Source: Candidatus Rokuibacteriota bacterium
GTDB lineage: Bacteria > Methylomirabilota > Methylomirabilia > Rokubacteriales > CSP1-6
Assembly: GCA_003220495.1 (NCBI GenBank)
Contig: QHSP01000019.1
Coordinates: 44,148-108,147 of the forward strand
Reading direction: 5' to 3'
DNA: 64,000 nt
This document shows positions 41,294 to 48,147 of the stretch, piece after piece; the stretch's first letter is position 1; every line of letters starts with the position of its first letter. Made by a program: the position numbers and the translations under genes. The notes under the pieces were generated by a model. That model did no database searches. It had not been told where the DNA came from and saw only the letters and a program-made list of their open reading frames with translations.

Positions 41294-42438
41294 GCCCGCG
41301 CTCCGGCCTCGCGCATCCGGAGGAGCGGCACACAGGCCAGGCCGATCGACGCCAGCAGCACGTAGACGACGGCCGGCGACGTCCACGCGAGCAACGTGGT
41401 CGCGGCCACCGGACCGATGAAGCCGGCGCCGATGCGCGCCGCGTTGATCACTCCGATCGCCGAGCCGCCCGCGTGCTGGACGACTCGCGAGACGACCAGA
41501 GGAAACACGGGGGCGATCGAGAGCACTTGCAGGAAACGCAGGCCCCCGTAAGGCCACACCGAGCCCGCCGTGGCCAGCGCGGCGACCGCGACCGACGACA
41601 CCACGAGCAGCGCCGCGATCAGCCTTCGCTCGGGGAACAGCTCGCCCAGTCGGGGCACCGCGAGGGCGCCGAGCGCCGCCGCGACGCCCGAGATGAAGAT
41701 CAGCACGCCGCCGACCTCGAGCGTTCGCTTTGCCTCGACGCCCAGCCCGGGCAGCACGTGGGGCAGGATCGAGGTGAAGTAGAACACCTGGATCGAGCCG
41801 CCCAGAACGACCAGGGTGACGGCGGCGACCTCGCCGGGACGGACCGGCCGACCCGCGGCGCGGATCTGCTCCGCGCGCGGTGGTTGGGGAACCGCCCAGT
41901 GAACGAGCGCGGCGCAGGCCAGCAGGATCATCCCGCCCAGCACGAACGAGCCGCGAATGCCCAGCCGCGCCGCCGCGATCGCGCCGAAGAGCGGCCCCAC
42001 GACCTGACCGACCGTCATGGCCGATTGCAGCGTCGCGATTCGCCGACGCACCTCGGCGCCCTCGACACTCCGTCCGACCATGATGAAGGCGAGCGTCGAG
42101 GCCGCGCCCATCGCGCCGAGGACGAGCCGGGCAAAGAAGAGCTCGGGCAAGGTGCGGGCGAGCGCCATCACGAAGAAGCCGAGCCCCTGCAGCGCCTCGA
42201 CCGCCACGTAGCACGCTTTCGGGTTGCCACGGGCGGCGTAGCGGCCCCAGACGGGCGCCGTCATCACCGTGACGAGCGACGTGATCCCGACGATCCAGCC
42301 CGTCCACCGCAAGGTGGCCGCGGGCTCCAGGGTGCTGACGCGCTGGATGTGGAAGGGCAGGCTCACGAACACGAACGACCACGCGAACGAGCCGAAGAAC
42401 ATCGTGACGGGGAGGAGCTGAGGCCCGGTCCGCCTCAA
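41290..42438 (-). CDS. MFS transporter
   Basis: About 12 hydrophobic helices in MFS-like arrangement; about 380 aa. Start codon uncertain. Confidence 0.7.
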   Translation of the reverse strand: MRRTGPQLLPVTMFFGSFAWSFVFVSLPFHIQRVSTLEPAATLRWTGWIVGITSLVTVMTAPVWGRYAARGNPKACYVAVEALQGLGFFVMALARTLPELFFARLVLGAMGAASTLAFIMVGRSVEGAEVRRRIATLQSAMTVGQVVGPLFGAIAAARLGIRGSFVLGGMILLACAALVHWAVPQPPRAEQIRAAGRPVRPGEVAAVTLVVLGGSIQVFYFTSILPHVLPGLGVEAKRTLEVGGVLIFISGVAAALGALAVPRLGELFPERRLIAALLVVSSVAVAALATAGSVWPYGGLRFLQVLSIAPVFPLVVSRVVQHAGGSAIGVINAARIGAGFIGPVAATTLLAWTSPAVVYVLLASIGLACVPLLRMREAGARA

Positions 42439-42474
42439 CGCGAGATCACGCGATGCCGTGCTATTGGTGCGCCC

Positions 42475-42530
42475 TGATGAGGCAGAACCCCTGCGCCTCG
42501 ATGCCGAGGGCGACGTTGAACGTCGAGCGG
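42475..42530. repeat. 56-bp direct repeat, copy A (duplicated 3' end of the CMD/AhpD-family gene)
   Basis: tgatgaggcagaacccctgcgcCtcgatgccgagggCgacgttgaacGtcgagcgg matches 42911-42966 at 53/56 positions. Confidence 0.85.
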
Positions 42531-42573
42531 TTGTCTGACGGGCGCATTCTCACGGGATCATAGCATCGCGTGG

Positions 42574-42888
42574 CTACCTGCCGCCTGCGATCTCGTCGAT
42601 GCGGTGATCTGCGACAGCGACCACGGCGATTGCGGGGCCGACGACCTGACCTCGGCACAGGACGCGCAGCTCCGAGCGCAGGGTGTCGGCCGTGTCTACC
42701 AGGACGAAGGCCGCCCCAAGTGCGCCGCCGGGGCTGTCCAGATGGAGCTCGATGGGCCGGTTTCCGCAGGCGTCCAGCGTCAGAAGCGCCGCCGCCGCTC
42801 TCGCCGCCGCGTCATCGTCGAGCCGGCCCGTGACGAGCACGATGCGGCGCTCGAAGAGTTGCTCTTGCAGCCAGCTCCCGAGGCTCAT
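42574..42888 (-). pseudogene. ClpP-like fragment (N-terminal about two thirds of the ClpP fold, catalytic Ser replaced, His/Asp region missing)
   Basis: RIVLVTGRLDDDAAARAAAALLTL...PIELHLDSPGGALGAAFVLVDT...CRGQVVGPA aligns to ClpP ERVIFLTGQVED...YINSPGG...CMGQAASMG, with Ser to Gly at the nucleophile. It ends at 104 aa. Confidence 0.55.
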
Positions 42889-42905
42889 GCCTGACAGCGT
42901 ACAAC

Positions 42906-43448
42906 CTACTTGATGAGGCAGAACCCCTGCGCTTCGATGCCGAGGGTGACGTTGAACTTCGAGCGGAAGTTCTCGAGCGCCACGGCGGCGGTCAGCTCGA
43001 CGATCTGGGCCTCGGAGAAATGCGCGCGCACGCGGGCGAACAGATCGTCGCTGACCTTCCGGTCGGTGAACGTCATCGCCTCCGCGTACTCGAGCGCCGC
43101 CCTCTCGCGCTCGTCAAAGAGATCACTGGTCGATGCCGTGGCGACCTCGGCGATCTTCGCCTCCGTCGCGCCGGCTCGCATCCCCCTGGATGCGTTGATG
43201 TCGATTCAGAATGGACACCCGTTGATCAGGGCGACGCGCAGATAGACCAGCGACAGGAGCTGGGGAGGGAGAAGGCCAGACCGCTCGACCGCCGCCGAAA
43301 GCTGCTTGGCGGCCTTCATGATCCCGGGCGTGTGCGCCTGGATCTTGGTCGTGTTCAGGACGAAGCCGAACGTGTCCGTCTCCTTCGCGAACGTTTCCTT
43401 CAGGAGCGGGTCGTCGCCGGGATCGGCGACCTCTTTCACGCGCGGCAT
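42906..43448 (-). CDS. carboxymuconolactone decarboxylase (AhpD-like) family protein with in-frame UGA; candidate selenoprotein
   Basis: N-terminal ORF (43206-43448) ends ...LVYLRVALINGCPF-TGA and the frame continues IDINASRGMRAG...NVTLGIEAQGFCLIK (42906-43181). Intact family members read NGCxYCIDxH, so the TGA sits at the second Cys of CxxC. Confidence 0.6.
42911..42966. repeat. 56-bp direct repeat, copy B (inside the 3' end of the CMD/AhpD-family gene)
   Basis: See copy A; the two copies are 436 bp apart and flank the ClpP-like fragment. Confidence 0.85.
43177..43205 (-). promoter_or_regulatory. candidate bacterial SECIS hairpin immediately 3' of the in-frame UGA
   Basis: UGA, then 11 nt (AUCGACAUCAA), then a 7-bp perfect stem CGCAUCC / GGAUGCG with G-rich apical loop AGGG. 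Confidence 0.5.
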
Positions 43449-43473
43449 GGCCCGATTATACCTGCGCGGCGCC

Positions 43474-44388
43474 CTACGGGCGCCCTCCCCGTGAGCGATT
43501 CAAGCCCTCCTCGATCCCCGGCAGGGCGTCGAGGAGCACCTTGCCGACGACCTCGAGGCTCTGCGCCGAGACCTTGTCGAGCGTGTCCTGCGCCGTGTGC
43601 CAGGGCGGAAAGTCGAAGTCGATCAGCAGCGCGGCGGGAATCCCCAGGCGTATGAACGGCGCGTGGTCGTCCTCGACCGCGAGCGAGTCCGGCAGGAAGT
43701 GCGCGGCATACCCCAGCCGGACGGCGCTCGCCCAGATGACGTCGTTCATCCACGGCGTCGACGCGGCCTCCCGCCGGATGCCGAGATTGCGGTCGCCGAT
43801 CATGTCGGCGACGATCACGGCGCTCGGCAGCTGCCGCGACTTGTCGAGCTCGCCGGCCATCCGCCGCGAGCCGTAGAGACTGTCCGTCGCGGTCCACGTT
43901 TCCCTGGCCTCCTCGCCGTCGAACCACACGACCCAGTAGGTGTATTCGCGCGGCCGCGCTTGAAGGCGGCGCGCCAGCTCGATCAGGAACGCCGCGCTCG
44001 AGCCGCCGTCGTTCGCGCCCACGAACGCGAGGTCGCGGAACCACTTGGTGTCGTAGTGCCCGCCGATCAGGATCACGTCCTTGCGGCGCCCCGGCACGGC
44101 CCCGACGATATTGGCCATCGGGAGCCGGCCGTGCGGCGTCGCCGCGTCGAACGAATCGACTCGGACCGAGACGCCGGTCTTCCGCAGCTCCTCGACGATG
44201 TACGTGCGAGCCCGCGCCGCGCCGGGTGACCCCGCCGGCCGCGGGCCGATGGCGACGAGCCGCTCGACGTGGCGTAGCGCGGCGGCGCCGTCGAACACCG
44301 GCGGCAGACGCGTCTCCTGCGCGCCCAGCGGCAGCAGCCAGGCCAGCACGATCGCGGCGAGCGGTAGGCCGACACGCAGCCGGCTCAT
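43474..44388 (-). CDS. M28 family zinc peptidase (aminopeptidase-like), secreted
   Basis: Signal peptide MSRLRVGLPLAAIVLAWLL; M28 metal-binding context GGHYDT...DGGSSAAFL...WFDGEE. ATG at 44386-44388 overlaps the upstream stop. Confidence 0.8.
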   Translation of the reverse strand: MSRLRVGLPLAAIVLAWLLPLGAQETRLPPVFDGAAALRHVERLVAIGPRPAGSPGAARARTYIVEELRKTGVSVRVDSFDAATPHGRLPMANIVGAVPGRRKDVILIGGHYDTKWFRDLAFVGANDGGSSAAFLIELARRLQARPREYTYWVVWFDGEEARETWTATDSLYGSRRMAGELDKSRQLPSAVIVADMIGDRNLGIRREAASTPWMNDVIWASAVRLGYAAHFLPDSLAVEDDHAPFIRLGIPAALLIDFDFPPWHTAQDTLDKVSAQSLEVVGKVLLDALPGIEEGLNRSRGGRP

Positions 44389-45254
44389 CGCGGCTTCACC
44401 CCGACGGCGCCGTAGTAGTTCACGGTCAGCACGAACGCGTCGGCGGCGACGACGGCGGTGAAACCGTCGAGCCATCGCTCGGCGGTAGGCACGTCCACGA
44501 TCCCGAAATGAACGGCCCGCTCCGCCCGGCGCTCGAGAAAGGTCTTCGTCCACGGCTCGAGGGTCGTGTCCTGGTAGACGTCGGTCAGCAGGCGCACGTC
44601 GGTGAGCCCGGCGGCGCGCAGCAGGCCGGGGAGGCGGCGGCCGCTGTGGGGCTCCTCGTAGAACCGCTCGGCGACGCCGCGCATGATCCGTTCGGTCACC
44701 GACCGATCGGGATGCGTGATCGCGACCACGCCGAAGTCCTGATCCTGCAGGCCGACGCGGCCGCCCGGTCGCGTCACCCGCGCCATCTCGCGCACGACGC
44801 GCAGCGGGTCGGCGACGTGGAGGAGAACCGTGACGGCCAGCGCGGCGTCGAAGCGGTTCGCGGCGAAGGGCAGGCTCGCGCCGTCGGCGACCCGCAGCGC
44901 GATGCGGGTGCGACGCGCGGTCTCCCGACAGAGGGCGCGCGCCCGATCGAGCATACGCCGGCTGGCGTCGATGCCGACGACCGCACCCCCGCGCCCGACG
45001 CGTGCGGCGAGGTCACGGACGACCACGCCGGTGCCGCAGCCCACCTCGAGCACACATTCACCCGACCGGATCGGAACGAACTTCAGGAAGCGTCGGCGCA
45101 ACCGCGCGTGCGTTCGGCCCCGCTCCTCGAGACTCTTGGCCATCTCGTCGACGTTGGTCTGGGCGTCGGCATCGCGCCAGGGGTCGGGATGCTGGTCCGG
45201 CGGGCGCGCGCGGCGGCCGGCGACCGCCGGTCTCCGAGTTTCGCGCGGGCTCAC
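44385..45254 (-). CDS. class I SAM-dependent methyltransferase
   Basis: Motif I VLEVGCGTGVVVRDLA. GTG at 45254; an alternative ATG at about 45143 gives about 252 aa. Confidence 0.7.
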   Translation of the reverse strand: MSPRETRRPAVAGRRARPPDQHPDPWRDADAQTNVDEMAKSLEERGRTHARLRRRFLKFVPIRSGECVLEVGCGTGVVVRDLAARVGRGGAVVGIDASRRMLDRARALCRETARRTRIALRVADGASLPFAANRFDAALAVTVLLHVADPLRVVREMARVTRPGGRVGLQDQDFGVVAITHPDRSVTERIMRGVAERFYEEPHSGRRLPGLLRAAGLTDVRLLTDVYQDTTLEPWTKTFLERRAERAVHFGIVDVPTAERWLDGFTAVVAADAFVLTVNYYGAVGVKPR

Positions 45255-45264
45255 GCGAGGGGCG

Positions 45265-45501
45265 TCAGGCGCCGGTGTCGCGCCGGGCGCACTGCTCGCT
45301 GCAGAAGTATCGGACCTGGCCGGACTCCGTGCGCCGGACCGCGCGCGATTTCACGATGTAGGTCTGGCAGACCGGGTCCTTCACGAGCTCGTCGGACAAG
45401 GGGCGGCGCGCGGGGGGCGCCGACAGCCGGATCCGACTCACCAAGGGGAGCAGCAACACGACGACGACGATCAGAAACAGAAGAATCGGAAGGAGCCGCA
45501 T
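45265..45501 (-). CDS. small membrane-anchored protein with YHS/TRASH-like Cys motif
   Basis: N-terminal TM helix LLPILLFLIVVVVLLLPL; C-terminal PVCQTYIV...RYFCSEQC resembles YHS/TRASH metal-binding domains; 78 aa. Confidence 0.45.
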   Translation of the reverse strand: MRLLPILLFLIVVVVLLLPLVSRIRLSAPPARRPLSDELVKDPVCQTYIVKSRAVRRTESGQVRYFCSEQCARRDTGA

Positions 45502-45506
45502 ACGAC

Positions 45507-45737
45507 TCAGCGGTCGGGCTTGATCGACACCGCCCGGAGGAACTCTTTGTCCTGGGTCGTCAGCTCGGAAGAGACCGTGACGCCCTTCTTGCTGCCGGCG
45601 AAGAAGATACCGGTGTCAGCGCCCCGCCGCAGGATTTCCTGGACGGCGTCGCGGGCCGCGTCGGCGGCGGAGAGGGAAGCTTCGATCGTCTGCAAGAGCT
45701 TCTTCAGGAGCGCATCGACCTGTCGGTCTCGAGCCAT
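45507..45737 (-). CDS. hypothetical small protein
   Basis: 76-aa ORF co-directional with and 5 nt upstream of the previous gene; no recognisable motif. Confidence 0.3.
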   Translation of the reverse strand: MARDRQVDALLKKLLQTIEASLSAADAARDAVQEILRRGADTGIFFAGSKKGVTVSSELTTQDKEFLRAVSIKPDR

Positions 45738-45759
45738 CGCGTCCCTACGATATCATAGG

Positions 45760-46305
45760 GTGGTGAACGCGGCCTGGACCCGCCTGTCGTCGGCGGCGCT
45801 CTACACGCGCGGCAAGCTCACGCTTCGCGAAGACGCCTGGCGGCTGCCGGACGGCCAGGAGATCGTCTATCCGGTCCTGGCCGTCGGCGTGACGGTGGGC
45901 GTGCTCCCGTTCGTCGAGCCGGCGCGAGTCCTGCTCGTCGGCCAGTATCGCCATCTCGTCGGCACGATCTCGTGGGAGCTGCCGGGAGGCGGTGCCCAGC
46001 CCGGCGAGGATCCCCGGGCGGCCGCGCAGCGCGAGCTGCGCGAGGAGGGCGGTTACCGCGCCGAGCGGCTCGAGCTCCTGACGACTTTCTACCCGTCGAA
46101 CGCCTACCTGGACGAGATCGCGTACTGCTATGCGGCCTACGGGCTGACGCACGATCCCCTGCCCGCCGACGAGGACGAGTTCCTCGAGCGGCGAGTGGTC
46201 TCGCTCGAGGAGGCCATCCGCATGGCGATCGAGGGCGACATCACCGAGTCGGTCTCGAAGCTGACCTTGCTTCAGTACGTCGCGCGGCCGCCCGAGAGAT
46301 CGTAG
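45760..46305 (+). CDS. NUDIX hydrolase
   Basis: Nudix box GGGAQPGEDPRAAAQRELREEGG. Probable GTG start at 45760/45763 after AGGGTGG. The upstream part of the long ORF is antisense to neighbours. Confidence 0.8.
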   Translation: MVNAAWTRLSSAALYTRGKLTLREDAWRLPDGQEIVYPVLAVGVTVGVLPFVEPARVLLVGQYRHLVGTISWELPGGGAQPGEDPRAAAQRELREEGGYRAERLELLTTFYPSNAYLDEIAYCYAAYGLTHDPLPADEDEFLERRVVSLEEAIRMAIEGDITESVSKLTLLQYVARPPERS

Positions 46306-47009
46306 ACGGCGCCGGTCGAGAACGAGCACTCGTCGGAGGCGAGCCAGGCCACGAGCGCCGCCACCTCCTCCGGACGTCCGACGCGGCCCATCGGGATCTT
46401 CGCGATCAGGTAGTCGACGGTCTCCTTCGACATCTGCTTGACCATGTCGGTCCCGATGACGGCGGGCGCCACCGCGTTCACGAAGATCCCGCGGCTCGCG
46501 ACCTCTTTCGCGAGCGCCTTCGTGAATCCGATCACGCCGGCCTTCGCGGTCGAGTAGGGCACGAGCGTCGGGTTGCCCTCCTTGCCGGCGATCGACGCGA
46601 TGTTGACGATGCGCCCGCTCTGCTGCGGCAGCATGAGACGCACCGCCGCGCGCGAGACGAGGAACACGCTGGTGAGATCGCAGGCGATGACCTGGTTCCA
46701 GTCCTCGTCGGTGAGCTCCCAGGTGAGCTTAGAGCCGCCGGTGATCCCGGCGTTGTTGACGACGATGTCGAGCCGGCCCCAGCGCCCGTGGGCCGCGACG
46801 ACCGCTCGGTCGACCTCGTCGCCGCGCGTCACGTCGGCCACGAGCGCCATGGCCGAGGCGCCGAGCTCGCCGGCGGCCGCCTCCACCGCCGACTTGTCCA
46901 GATCGACCAGCGCCACGCGCGCGCCGTCGGCGACCAGCCGCCGCGCGATGGCCAGTCCGATCCCGCGCGCTCCTCCGGTGACCAGCGCGACACGTCCACT
47001 CAAGCTCAT
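46272..47009 (-). CDS. SDR family oxidoreductase (FabG-like)
   Basis: TGGARGIG cofactor motif, NNAG, and catalytic Y-x3-K in YSTAKAG; 245 aa. Confidence 0.85.
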   Translation of the reverse strand: MSLSGRVALVTGGARGIGLAIARRLVADGARVALVDLDKSAVEAAAGELGASAMALVADVTRGDEVDRAVVAAHGRWGRLDIVVNNAGITGGSKLTWELTDEDWNQVIACDLTSVFLVSRAAVRLMLPQQSGRIVNIASIAGKEGNPTLVPYSTAKAGVIGFTKALAKEVASRGIFVNAVAPAVIGTDMVKQMSKETVDYLIAKIPMGRVGRPEEVAALVAWLASDECSFSTGAVYDLSGGRATY

Positions 47010-47019
47010 CGCATTGCCC

Positions 47020-48147
47020 TCACGACAGCGCCTGCTCGAGGTCTTCGATCAGGTCGTCCGGGTGCTCGAGACCGATCGACAGCCTCAAGAGATTGTCCGG
47101 CGTGCGCGTGCCGGCGCCCTCGATCGAGGCGCGGTGCTCGACGAGACTCTCCGTCCCGCCGAAGCTGGTGGCGCGCGTGAACACGCGGAGCTTGGCCGCC
47201 ACGTCCATCGCGCGCGCCCGGTCGCCGCGCACCTGCACCGACATCATTCCGCCGAACGCGGTCATCTGGCGGCGGGCGACGTCGTGCGCCGCGTGGGTCG
47301 GGAGGCCGGGATAGTGCACCGCTTCGACCTTGCGGTGGCCGTGCAGGAACGTGGCGACCCGGAGCGCGTTCTCCGAGTGGCCGCGCACTCGATACGGCAG
47401 GGTCCGGATCCCGCGGCGCACGAGCCAGCAGTCGAACGGCGAAGGCACCGCGCCCGCCGACGCCTGCACCACGCGGATCCGCTCGAACAGAGCGTCGCGC
47501 ACCTTCGACACCACGGCGCCGCCGAGCACGTCGCCGTGGCCGCCGAGGTATTTCGTCGTCGCGTGGACGACCAGATCGGCGCCGAGCCTGAGCGGCGACT
47601 GGAGCACCGGCGTCGCCGTCGTGTTGTCGCAGACGTAGCGAGCGCCCGCCCGCCGGGCGAGCTCGCCGACCGCCGCGATATCGGTGATCTTCCACAGCGG
47701 GTTCGACGGCGTCTCCACCCAGACGAGCCGCGTGCTTGCGCGCATCGCGGCGCGCACGGCGGCGAGGTCGGTCATGTCGACGAGCGTGCTGTCGAGCTTC
47801 CATCGCGCGAAGGTCTCGCGCAGCAGCCGCGAGGTTCCGTGGTACGCGTCCATCGGTGCGACGACGTGGTCGCCGGGCTCGAGCGCCAGCAGAACGGCCG
47901 AGGTCGCCGCGGAAGCCGACGCGAAGGCCGCCGCCGCGGCGCCTCCCTCGAGCGCCGCCAGGCACTCCTCGAGCGCCTCGCGGTTGGGGTTGTTGTTGCG
48001 CGAGTAGAGGAAGCCGCGGGTGTACGAGCCATCCGGATCGCGCTCGAATGTCGTGGACGGATGGATGGCCGGTGTGACCGCGCCGGTGCCGGGATCGACG
48101 TGGGCGCCGGCGTGGATCGCGACCGTTTCGATCCGCATCTCAAGCAC
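47020..48147 (-). CDS. cystathionine gamma-synthase / beta-lyase family PLP enzyme (trans-sulfuration)
   Basis: Cys/Met-metabolism PLP fold: ...TFER...YSRNNNPNREALE...HATTKYLGGHGDVLGG (PLP-binding Lys); 375 aa. Confidence 0.85.
   Translation of the reverse strand: MLEMRIETVAIHAGAHVDPGTGAVTPAIHPSTTFERDPDGSYTRGFLYSRNNNPNREALEECLAALEGGAAAAAFASASAATSAVLLALEPGDHVVAPMDAYHGTSRLLRETFARWKLDSTLVDMTDLAAVRAAMRASTRLVWVETPSNPLWKITDIAAVGELARRAGARYVCDNTTATPVLQSPLRLGADLVVHATTKYLGGHGDVLGGAVVSKVRDALFERIRVVQASAGAVPSPFDCWLVRRGIRTLPYRVRGHSENALRVATFLHGHRKVEAVHYPGLPTHAAHDVARRQMTAFGGMMSVQVRGDRARAMDVAAKLRVFTRATSFGGTESLVEHRASIEGAGTRTPDNLLRLSIGLEHPDDLIEDLEQALS

Noticed and set aside
40196-42382. 728-aa single ORF on minus strand
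   Set aside because: Chimera: the C-terminal 365 aa is the ABC ATPase; the rest is an out-of-frame read across the MFS gene, which is coded in another frame (41290-42438).
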